Source of the DNA: Octopus bimaculoides
Taxonomy: Eukaryota
Reading direction: 5' to 3'
Assembly (NCBI RefSeq): GCF_001194135.2
Contig: NC_068983.1
Span: 136,659,606 to 136,723,605 of the forward strand
DNA length: 64,000 nucleotides
Position 1 is the first letter of the stretch. The number at the start of each line of letters is the position of its first letter. Below the pieces are notes generated by a model. It saw only the letters and a list, made by a program, of their open reading frames with translations, ran no database searches and had not been told where the DNA came from. Position numbers and translations under genes: made by a program. This document shows positions 53,798 to 64,000 of the stretch, piece after piece.

Positions 53798-55369
53798 TGC
53801 TAGGCATTATATGCTGAATTTACTGCTCTTGATGTTGTTGCTGCTGCTGTTATCAATATTATTGCTTTTAGAAATAGTTATGGCTATGTCCACACGCCTC
53901 TGCTATTTGGCTGCTACTGTTGTGTTTTTGTTAGTGCTAATGATGCTGATAATGATAATACTGTTGCCTTCTCTGATAGCAAGATGTAAACAATGTAAAA
54001 AATGCCTAAAAGATAAGTTTAGTTTTAGTATGTCACTTGAATTTTTCAAAATTTGTAAAACTTACAGGGTGGTGTCAAAAGCTGTTGGTTTTTTTTTTAA
54101 CTTGATAATTTAAAAATCAAACACATCAAGTTTTCAATCAAAAGTAAATATAACTTAACACATAATTTTGTTTCTTTTTCTTCTTTGCATATTCATTAAA
54201 TCAAAAGAAATTGGCTTTTCGAATATGTTCAACACTTCATTTCTCCTAAGATCTTCAAATTAAATTTATTCATTAAAACAGCTTTCTATATTTTCAAAAA
54301 GGTATTTTTTTTCTCTTGAAATTATTTCAAAGATGATCAAGTAGCATTTTGATCACATTTTCATGGTGGAAACTAATTGCCAAACTAAACTGCATAGTTT
54401 AATAATACTGGTTTGAAATGTGAGCTATTCAAGCAGCATTATCTAAAGAGTAGATACTGAAAAGGAAAAGCATGTACATTGAACAAAAGAAATAAGCTAC
54501 TTTTCAAAAGAAGCATATCAATTCATTCATATTTGCACATTGCACAATTGCACATGTGTATCATCATCATCATCGTTTAACGTCCGCTTTCCATGCTAGC
54601 ATGGGTTGGACGATTTGACTGAGGACNNNNNNNNNNACGCCAACCAGCTGTAGAAACTCTGCCAAATCAGACTGGAGCCTGGTGTTGCCATCCGGTTTCA
54701 CCATGCATTTAGGAATATCAACAATAGCATTAGAAAAGCTTCTAACTTTGCATTTTGACATTGCAGTGATAAGTGCAAGGCCATATTTAATCAGTTTGAC
54801 ATCATGGACTTCATCCATCTATATTGTGATATTGCAGCCTGTTATCCATATATGTATGAAAACCAAACCCCATCCAATTATGATATGGTGGTAGGAACCA
54901 TGCTTCCAGTAATTGTTTTAGGTACCTATGTAGTCATAAGCAAGTACAGACTCTCTCACAGCCCTTCCACCCACCTTAACATCCAAAATGTGACAGCTGA
55001 AAAGATAGAAAAGATTTTTAACTGCATGATAGTGCACTCAACTGAGAGCAATTTCAGCTGAGTAGATTAACAATAGCTTGAAATGAAGAATCTTCCACAA
55101 GAACATATCAAGCAATAACTGCTCAGCCACACATGTGCATTCACATATATAAATGTTCAGATATGTATACACACGTATCTGTCATCATCATCATTTAATG
55201 TCCATTTTCCATGTTGTGTATGTGTATATATCAGGTCATCCCATATGTTCTGTCTGAATTTTGAATAAAGAAAACAAGTGATCAAATGTTATATTTAATT
55301 GAAATTTAATCATCAGTGTACTTTCCCTGATTATCTATAACTTCCTTCCATCTATTTACAAGCTTTTTA

Positions 55370-55488
55370 ATAATAAACTGTCATCTAAATTACGCAAAAA
55401 TGAAAATAACACTGACATCTCATTTTAACAGATATATTTACCAAAATTCCGTAAATATATCTTGAAATACTAAAGAGTAAATTTATTC
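55370..55488 (-). mobile_element. End of another maT copy running into the N-gap
   Basis: cagatatatttac.aaaatt.cgtaaa.atat.ttgaaatact.aagagtaaatttattc matches 14401-14460. Confidence 0.75.
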
Positions 55489-56430
55489 NNNNNNNNNNNN
55501 NNNNNNNNNNNNNNNNNNNNNNNNNNNNNNNNNNNNNNNNNNNNNNNNNNNNNNNNNNNNNNNNNNNNNNNNNNNNNNNNNNNNNNNNNNNNNNNNNNNN
55601 NNNNNNNNNNNNNNNNNNNNNNNNNNNNNNNNNNNNNNNNNNNNNNNNNNNNNNNNNNNNNNNNNNNNNNNNNNNNNNNNNNNNNNNNNNNNNNNNNNNN
55701 NNNNNNNNNNNNNNNNNNNNNNNNNNNNNNNNNNNNNNNNNNNNNNNNNNNNNNNNNNNNNNNNNNNNNNNNNNNNNNNNNNNNNNNNNNNNNNNNNNNN
55801 NNNNNNNNNNNNNNNNNNNNNNNNNNNNNNNNNNNNNNNNNNNNNNNNNNNNNNNNNNNNNNNNNNNNNNNNNNNNNNNNNNNNNNNNNNNNNNNNNNNN
55901 NNNNNNNNNNNNNNNNNNNNNNNNNNNNNNNNNNNNNNNNNNNNNNNNNNNNNNNNNNNNNNNNNNNNNNNNNNNNNNNNNNNNNNNNNNNNNNNNNNNN
56001 NNNNNNNNNNNNNNNNNNNNNNNNNNNNNNNNNNNNNNNNNNNNNNNNNNNNNNNNNNNNNNNNNNNNNNNNNNNNNNNNNNNNNNNNNNNNNNNNNNNN
56101 NNNNNNNNNNNNNNNNNNNNNNNNNNNNNNNNNNNNNNNNNNNNNNNNNNNNNNNNNNNNNNNNNNNNNNNNNNNNNNNNNNNNNNNNNNNNNNNNNNNN
56201 NNNNNNNNNNNNNNNNNNNNNNNNNNNNNNNNNNNNNNNNNNNNNNNNNNNNNNNNNNNNNNNNNNNNNNNNNNNNNNNNNNNNNNNNNNNNNNNNNNNN
56301 NNNNNNNNNNNNNNNNNNNNNNNNNNNNNNNNNNNNNNNNNNNNNNNNNNNNNNNNNNNNNNNNNNNNNNNNNNNNNNNNNNNNNNNNNNNNNNNNNNNN
56401 NNNNNNNNNNNNNNNNNNNNNNNNNNNNNC

Positions 56431-56800
56431 AGCTGTCTGGCTTCCGTGCCAGTGGCACGTAAATAGCACCATTTGAGCATCGCCTTACTGACACATGAAA
56501 AGACATTTGAGCGAGGTCGTTGCCAGTTCCACTGGACTGGCTCCTGTGCAGGTGGCACGTAAAATATACACCATTTTGAACATGGCCATTGCCAGTACCG
56601 CCTGATTGGCCTTCGTGCCAGTGGCATGTAAAAGCACCCACTACACTCTCGGAGTGGTTAGCGTTAGGAAGGCATCAAGCTGTAGAAACTCTGCCAAATC
56701 AGATTGGAGCTTGGTGTAGCCATCTGGTTCGCCAGTCCTCAGTCAAATCGTCCAACCCATGCTAGCATGGAAAGCGGACGTTAAATGATGATGATGATGA
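56431..56800 (+). mobile_element. 66-bp module array + young RTE-type tail
   Basis: Same family as 2128-2454; CpGs retained. Confidence 0.8.
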
Positions 56801-56833
56801 TCACACACACACAAATATATATGCCTATATATA

Positions 56834-57980
56834 TGAGGATAAGTCAAAATTTATACACACTCTTGTTTCTGTAATTTGTTAAAACAAAAACAAGGGTTGA
56901 ACAATTACATCATTTTTCAACATAGTCTCCTTGCTTTTTGATGCACTTCTTCCAGCAGTCTATAGGCTTGCTTATTCCATCAGAGAAGCTTTTTGGCTGG
57001 TCACACAGCCATTTATGCAGTGCTTCCTGTTCTTTTTTATCCATAGCAAATCAACAACCTCATAATGAATGTTTTGAGCAGTCTAAAGAAGTAATAGTCA
57101 GAATGGGCAAGATCTTGAGTGTATGCAGATGTTCCAGCAACTCAAAACACAATTTTTCAATGGTGTGGGTGGCCTTATGTGATTATGGCTTGTCGTGCAA
57201 CAATAAAACTTGATTTGATAATAGATCTCAACATTTGATGCAAATTGCTGGTCTCAGTTTGTTGGCCAGCATTTCACTGTAGCCTACATTGGTAATGTTC
57301 CAGTTTAAGTCCTTTTGCATCCCCAAAAATGGTTGCATCACTTTTTCTGTGACAAGTTGAGTCTTGAATTTCTTTTCCACTGATGATTTCTGGTGTGTCC
57401 ACTCCATCCTCTGCCCTTTGGGTTCTGGCTCAAAGTGATGAACCCAGGTCTCATCTCGTGTGACTATTCTCTCCAAAAAAGCTTCACCTTCATCATTGTA
57501 GTGATTAAGTAAGCATTGACAGATCTTTACACAATTGCACTTCTGAGCTTCAGTAAGCTCTTTGGCACCCATCTCACACTGACTTTTCAGAAGCAAAGCT
57601 TGTTGTTGATAATTTATGATGCAGAACCATTCTAATTTGCAAAGGACATGCTTTCTCATCGACTATCACTTGTTGGTTTGCCAGAACCATTTCTCAAGCT
57701 TGTTGAATCTTCACATCAGTAATGGAAGTTGATGGGCATTTTGTTCTTTCATGCTTCATGCATGTCTGGCCACTTTTTAAACTTTTTGATCCACTTATAC
57801 ACACTTCTTCACAGTAGAGAACTCTCCTCATATTGTAGTGAAAACCTGCAATGAATTTCAGCCCCTGACATACCTTCAGACCAGGAAAATCAGATCACTG
57901 GTGTATGTTCTTCCTTGGTGTACCCTGCCAGTGGAGTGGCCATGTTTACTTTGTAACACAAGAAAGAAAACTGGAGCAGT
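56834..57980 (-). mobile_element. Mariner (DD34D-type) transposon, degenerate
   Basis: MATPLAGYTKEE...SGAEIH...VYKWIKKFK, FLERIVTRDETWVHHFEPE and DLAHSDY remnants. One end is TA-TGAGGATAAGTCAAAA. Confidence 0.88.
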
Positions 57981-57989
57981 CAAAGTTAA

Positions 57990-58240
57990 ACCTTGGTTAT
58001 GTAATCTCAAGAGTACCACCTGGTATGGTCATGTGATGTGTATGGATGAAGACAGCTGCATAAAAAATTGCCAATTACTAAATATGAAGAAAACTTGTGG
58101 AAGATGGAGGCTCAGAAGGTGTAGTACAAAGTACTGAAGACCAATCTCGAGTTGTTGAGCTTCATAGAGATGACAAAAAACCAAGATGAGTGGCATTCAC
58201 CATGCTTGATAAGACCCATCCATCTCAGCCAAAATTATAT
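57990..58240 (+). mobile_element. RTE-family 3' fragment
   Basis: WYGHVMCMDEDSCIKNCQLL..TCGR. Confidence 0.7.
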
Positions 58241-59289
58241 TCTAAAAGAATATCATTAATATCTATGCATACTTCTCACACCCACTCTGTACCTGTCAAG
58301 CCCTCCTCATGACTCATTTTTGTAACACCCATCCCTCCTTCATCCTTCTAACTATGGCAGAGCAGAATTTCACATATTCCATTACCCCTTTTGTGCTACC
58401 AGTTTTCTCCTCTCCTTGAACCAATTCATGTGTGTGTGTGTGTTGTGTATGAGACTGAAGACAGGTCTAGACAGTTGGTAAAGGCATCCAGCGTGAAACA
58501 GTACATTTTAATAATGAAAGCTTTGTTCAAGAAATATATGCACAATCACTACCTCAGTCAGGAACTATGAGAAATGGATTGTCACAACAGTAGCCAAGTG
58601 AGAAAACTGCAAATTACATTAGGAAATTATTAGAAAAATGCAAGTCCTATTGCAATGCAGCATAAGGTGAAGACTGTGTTGAATGGAAAAGAGACTAATT
58701 CCCAAGAATTCACTAACGCCTGAACTTTATATGAATGCTAAATCCGAAACTTTTATGTGTTGCTTGCACACAAGAAATACCATTTTCTAGTACTGGTCTA
58801 AACTCACTTGAGATGGTCACCATTAGAAATCTCTCTATTATCATCATTAACCTCTCTCTCTTTTCATTATCTTCCATTCCTTTATTTCCTCCTTTCTTTC
58901 TTTTCCTTCTTTCATTCAGCAATTTTTATAGTTTTCGTTTTACTTTCTTGTTTCCTTGTATTCTTTCTTCCCTTCTTTCTTTAATTACATAATTAGGCTA
59001 TTTGATTAAATTTTATACCAGGAGGCATAACTCTTCGGTCTTAAATATTGAATTATTGCCCTTGCACTAGATTCTTTTTTTTTATAGTTTTATATGTACT
59101 TTATTGAAATGCATAAAGATAACAAAAAGTACACCTCACTTCCTCAATTCATTTTGCAAGTGCCATTCTATATTCAAATTGGTACGTCCATTTGATATTG
59201 CTGAAAATCTATTAGTTATGCAATCTTCTTACAATTGCTAAACATATACAACTATGTATTCATATATGTGCGTGTGTGTGTGTGTGTAT

Positions 59290-59940
59290 CGAAGGTGAGA
59301 TTACTCACTGCATACACCTCCACCCAACAAAGAAGCTCATCGCCTTTGTCAAATTTGATGAGAAAGTGTTTGTTGCCATGTCTAGCACCTCAGGCCTACT
59401 TGCATTAGCAAACGTCTGGGAGCTAAAAGTGTACATTGGGAAACTGCTGAAGTTGCCAGAAACCACTGCTTCAACATCACTAAAGTTGGATGTGATGTTG
59501 GTCTCTGAAGCATCCGAGCAGGTGGTTCTCTTGAAACTCTCCATTCCCTGAGGACCACATTGAAGAAGCTAACAAGTGCAAGAGGAGGAAATATACTGAG
59601 CTAGTGGAATTATGCCAGAGCAATGGCAGGTAAATGTGTGATCCCATTGAAGTGGGATGCAAAAGTTTGTAGGCTAGTCCTTACAAAGATAGTTTGTAAT
59701 GTTTGGCATTACAGAGACCAGAAGGCTATCAGGTTGTCTGTAGAGGCAGCAGAAGCTGCTTCAAGGTGGCTTTCGATTTGTTGTGAGCCCTGGAAGGGAC
59801 AGTGTTAACTGGAGACAAGCTGGAACTTGATCAACCTTGGCTGAGACATCTAGGTGAAGATGTCTCATGTTGAAAGACCCAAAACACCTAATGACCCCAG
59901 GAAACATTACTGATGATGTGTCCAGGTGTATCACAGGATG
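59290..59940 (+). mobile_element. HERO-like (REL endonuclease) non-LTR retrotransposon, 5'-truncated
   Basis: GLLALANVWELKVYIGKLLKLPETTASTSLKLDVMLVSEASEQVVLLKLSIP*..IEEAN..KRRKYTELV..PIEVGC and EAAEAASRWL, followed by a 3' UTR (gttgaaagaccc..aacacc.aatgacccc..ctgatgatgtgtcc) of the recalled HERO type. Confidence 0.75.
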
Positions 59941-60116
59941 ATATATGGAAAGAGTATATTTATATATATATGTGTGTGTGTGTGTGTTTGTGTTTATGTA
60001 TTTATTTTGCAAGTGCAAGATTCTTGATGTGAAATTGTGTATTGAAACAGATATTATATTTAGTGATGGTGATTTTGCAAATAAGCACATCACTATTTAG
60101 TTGATTTTTACTTTAG

Positions 60117-60148
<32 letters not shown>

Positions 60149-60577
60149 GTTTATTTGTCCAGAGTTCTTTTATCACTCATTTTGTAACAACTTCAATGAC
60201 TATCTTTTTTTTGTTTCCTCTTCTCTCTGATCTTGTCCTATCTAATCTATCTTGTCTTTCTCCTGTTTATTCCATCTTGTATCTCTATCTGCTCATGTGT
60301 TTGCATCTATTATTTTGTAGGTGTAGGTTTATCTTGAGTGTATGTAAATGGATTTATATATTACACTGTTTGTATCCACATCTCTTTTTTCATTCCTGTT
60401 CTGTCTTCAGTTATGTGGAGTGGGTGAGTGTTATCACTCCATTCACATCTACTGTTGAGGCTTGGACTATTTCCCATTATGTGTGTGGCCTCCATACTTT
60501 TTCTGAGTATTATGTTTGTTCCATGTCAAGATCTTAACATCTATGTTATCTATGGAGCCCCCATATTCTAGTTTAGC

Positions 60578-60800
60578 ATGTATTCATATATGTGTGTGTG
60601 TGTGTGTATCGAAGGTGAGATTACTCACTGCATACACCTCCACCCAACAAAGAAGCTCATCGCCTTTGTCAAATTTGATGAGAACGTGTTTGTTGCCATG
60701 TCTAGCACCTCAGGCCTACTTGCATTAGCAAAAGTCTGGGAGCTAAAAGTGTACATTGGGAAACTGCTGAAGTTGCCAGAAACCACTGCTTCAACATCAC
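60578..60800 (+). repeat. Near-identical local duplicate of 59254-59480 (flank microsatellite + HERO 5' junction)
   Basis: 60601-60800 vs 59281-59480: 198/200 identical by eye. Confidence 0.92.
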
Positions 60801-61640
60801 AGCACTGCCCCTCTGTATGCCTTGTACTATAGACTGCATTCCTAGTTTTGCAGTTTGTTTGTGGGATTAACTCCACACACTACACAGTTCCTATCCATAC
60901 AGGGGATTCTTTCAAATGGGTATGTTCTACAGATCAGGGATTTTATGGGAGCTTCTAGCCCTTCAACTACTTTAATCTGTAGATTCAGTTTGCCTAGGGT
61001 TTTTTTTTTTTAAATGATACACTAGTTTGCCTCCAAGAGCAGCATCAACAAACATGATGCTTGGTATTTTTGGCTGTGATGCCATAAGTTGGCCTTACCT
61101 ATCATCCTCTTAGTTCTTTCTATGATTTACTCCTGTATAGTGGGCAGATCCCCTTTGTGTCATTCTCTTTGATAGTCTTGAACTTTGTTCCTTGTAGACC
61201 CTGATATTATTTTTTCTGTACCCAGAGAACTGCATGAAGTGGATGAAGTGTTGTATGTGTCTCTCTAATTCCATTGGGTCACAACACCATGAAACTCCAT
61301 GTCACTCTCACTGATCATTTCCATGCATTTCCCCACAGCAAAATTAACATCAATGAAATACTGCCTATTACGCAACATGTCAGGTCTCAGGAACATCTTG
61401 ATTATGAGGTGTATGATCATAAAGAAGAAGTAGGAGATTCTGTAGTTGCTAGTAATGTTAGCTCTGCTGACTGGTCCGGTTGGGGGTCCTGCCACTGGAT
61501 CAGTGGTTATTTTATGATCCTTACGGAGTCCATACAGCACTGGAATGTCATTATTCACAGCTTGGAAATTGTTAGCCATGCATTTCTTTTGGTCCTAGGA
61601 TGTTTGACTATATCATCATGTGCTTGTTTCTTTTGTGTTA
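60801..61640 (-). mobile_element. Penelope-like element RT fragment
   Basis: PVLYGLRKDHK...GPPTGPV (decayed PxLYGLPKxHK...RP), SWCCDPMELERHI..F..SGY and C..C..NCKTRNAVY at the GIY-YIG start. Confidence 0.7.
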
Positions 61641-61849
61641 GTGATGTGGAGTAGAACAGACATGATACTCAGACTGATTACAGAGATCATACACGTAGTA
61701 AAATTTGACTGATTACAGAGGTCATTCGCATAATAGAAAATAGACCGAGCCTCAACAGAAAACATGAATGGAATAATAACACCCACTTATAAGACACAGG
61801 TTCAAACAGTGTAATATATAAACCCACAAACACACACATATACAAACAC

Positions 61850-62030
61850 ATACACAGATATGATGGGTTTCTTTCTGTTTCCATCTACAAAATCCACACG
61901 CAAGGTTTTGTTCAGCTTAGGGCTATAGTAGAAAACACTTGTCCAAGGTGCCATACAATGGGAATAAACCTGAAACCACATGGTTGTAAAACAAATTTTT
62001 TGCCACAATATCCGACACCCACTCTTATAT
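61850..62030 (-). mobile_element. tRNA-derived SINE
   Basis: Reverse of the 27160-27280 family (gggctatagtagaaaacacttgtccaaggtgcc). Confidence 0.75.
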
Positions 62031-62429
62031 AGATGACATAACCCTTCATTCTTCTCTAATCGTGCATCATCTACATGCAACAAGACACAACTTACTAAAT
62101 CTACTTTGTCTCTCTGTCTATGTCTCTTTTCTGTCACTACAGTAATGGCCTTTACTCCTCAGAACTTGCTGGTCTTGTATTTCTACCACTCAGGCACACA
62201 TTGTATGTCCACTTATCAGTACCTTTGGTGGGACCAACCACTCTTTTCCTTGCTTCTTGTTGCATGAATCACTGTGCTTTCCTGCAACAGTTTAAATGAA
62301 ATAATAATGGCATCAGTCTTGAAGGCCCTACATGGTCAAAGGTTCTGTCCCTTCCTCCAGACTTTGCAAGGGGAAAGGTTAAAGTTTGTGAGATTGTATG
62401 CCTAATCCAGAGAGAGTGGTGTTCTCCAG

Positions 62430-62890
62430 TTTGATAATAGAAATTTGTCAAGTTCTTTCATTTAGTGAAAATCTTGGATCTAGAATTCAGTATGTCAGTG
62501 GAATTCTTAGATTTATAAAGGATATAAATTCTTTCTACTCTACAAAGCCTGCACTTCCGTGACCCATTAACATTATGGTATGAATCACTCTAAGATTCAC
62601 CATTGATGGCTTTTACAGGATGCTTGCTGAATTAGTTGTTTTCTTCTTGTTTATGTGCTGGTGGTTGGCATATCTTTTTATTTTTGTTTTGTTAAAGTTA
62701 CTTTCACATATGCCAGTATGCTTTTCCTTTTGAGTTTTTATTATTTTGTAAAACTGAAGTGACCTCAGCTTCATATACCACTGAGCTAACCATGCATGCT
62801 TGGTTGAGTGGGCAAGTGTCTGGGTCTCTAAAGTTACATTTTGGAAAAAACACCTGGTGTGCCTTATGTATGATAATGTTTTTCATGCTT
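62430..62890 (-). mobile_element. Penelope-like GIY-YIG/C-terminal fragment
   Basis: CNFRDPDTCPLNQACMVSSVVYEAEVTS...KAY and KCRLCRVERIYIL...LNSRSKIF. Confidence 0.75.
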
Positions 62891-63119
62891 GAGAAGACTT
62901 ATCCATGTATCGAGAATTGAGGCTCTGTCAAGCCTTCCTCAACAACTCATCTTTTAACACCTACTCTTCCATCAGTCTTCTATATCCCTCACTTACCCCT
63001 CTGTGTCCAACTCCTTCCCTATCTCTAATCATCTGTCACACTTTTCACTCAGTGCACCTACACATCCATCTTTTCTGCTTTTTTATCTTGTCTCATATTC
63101 ACCTTGTACATGGACCTCA

Positions 63120-63158
<39 letters not shown>

Positions 63159-63454
63159 GAGCAACTCATGTATTCACTTCAGCAACACATCTGTTCTCCT
63201 TGACCCTCTGTCATAATTTCTTATCCCTCCATTCAATAACCAACTCAGTTGAGGGGTCTAATCTTGCAGGTACTTGGCAACCTCACCAATGCTGATGCCA
63301 CATAAAAGACACCCAATACACTCTTTTAAATAGTTGTCATTAAGAAGGGCATTCAGCTGTAGAAACCATGGCAAAGCAAACTTAGTAACTGATGCAACCC
63401 TTTGGTTTGTCTGTTCTTGTTGAACCATCCAACTCATGCTACACGGGAAAAGGG

Positions 63455-64000
63455 TCAGCAAATGATGGCCCATGTTTCACTGCTGTGTAGCATGGCAGTT
63501 TGCACACATGCATCATACAGTCTACCTTTCATCCTGAGTGAGAGGCCCTTAGTTGCCAGCAGAGGTAGGAGCTCCCTGAACTTTGCCCAGGCTATTCTTA
63601 TTCTGGCCACTATACTCTCAGAGCAACCACCCCTTCTACAGACTTGATCGCCTAAGTAGCAGAAGCTATCAACTACTTCTAGTTTTTCCCCCTGGCATGT
63701 GATGGAATCTATTTTCTGTACATCTTCAGTGTTTATCGCCCCTGTGCATCTGCCACATACAAAAACTATCTTCCTGGTTAACCTTCCTTTGATATTGCTG
63801 CACCTTTTGTGTCCATAGCTTACATCGGCTACATCGTATGGAGCCATCTACCTGGAGGAGTTTGTGACTTGTTAGCCTTCGTACTTACTAAGACTTTGGT
63901 TTTTACTTGGTTGACCCTAAGGTCCTTCAATTCTAGACCTTGCTTCCACATCCTAAACTTCGTCTCTTGTTCTGGCAATGACTCAGCTATTAGAGCAAGG
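63455..64000 (-). mobile_element. RTE LINE RT C-terminal fragment
   Basis: GEKLEVVDSFCYLGD..GGCSESIVARIRIAWAKFRELLPLL..LSLRMKGRLYDACVQTAMLHSSETW. Confidence 0.88.

Noticed and set aside
45936-54000. Search for a duplicated IVS3 exon (as vertebrate 31/32)
   Set aside because: No second W-N-x-F-D-F-like segment with splice sites was seen.
55385-56641. 329-418 aa minus-strand ORFs
   Set aside because: Almost entirely X from the 55489-56430 assembly gap.

Overview
Eukaryotic, AT-rich, microsatellite- and transposon-dense genomic DNA with several N-gaps (largest 55489-56430). The repeat families and intron style suggest a coleoid cephalopod such as Octopus (inference). The + strand carries 11 clearly spliced exons (563-48385) of an L-type voltage-gated calcium channel alpha-1 subunit (Cav1; CACNA1C/D, Ca-alpha1D, egl-19 family). 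They encode the whole of repeat III, the III-IV linker and IVS1-S3, and all splice junctions are GT-AG and phase-compatible. Main result: by comparison with recalled Cav1 sequences, every exon has the length of its vertebrate counterpart except the IIIS3 exon, which is 101 nt rather than 107 nt. The following 28.2-kb intron contains a 6-nt candidate microexon (9359-9364, CCCCAG) with strong splice signals that restores the missing two residues (linker SIN-PS-NEA). The >15.6-kb intron after the IVS3 exon holds a 12-nt candidate microexon (53628-53639, RNSE). The two giant introns therefore sit at the two S3-S4 voltage-sensor linkers, and each appears to hide a microexon. The introns also contain maT (DD37D) and mariner remnants, a hAT-type MITE with intact TIRs and an 8-bp TSD, and RTE, CR1-like, HERO and Penelope fragments, SINEs and several fold-back structures. 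All calls were made by eye without database searches; repeat boundaries are approximate.
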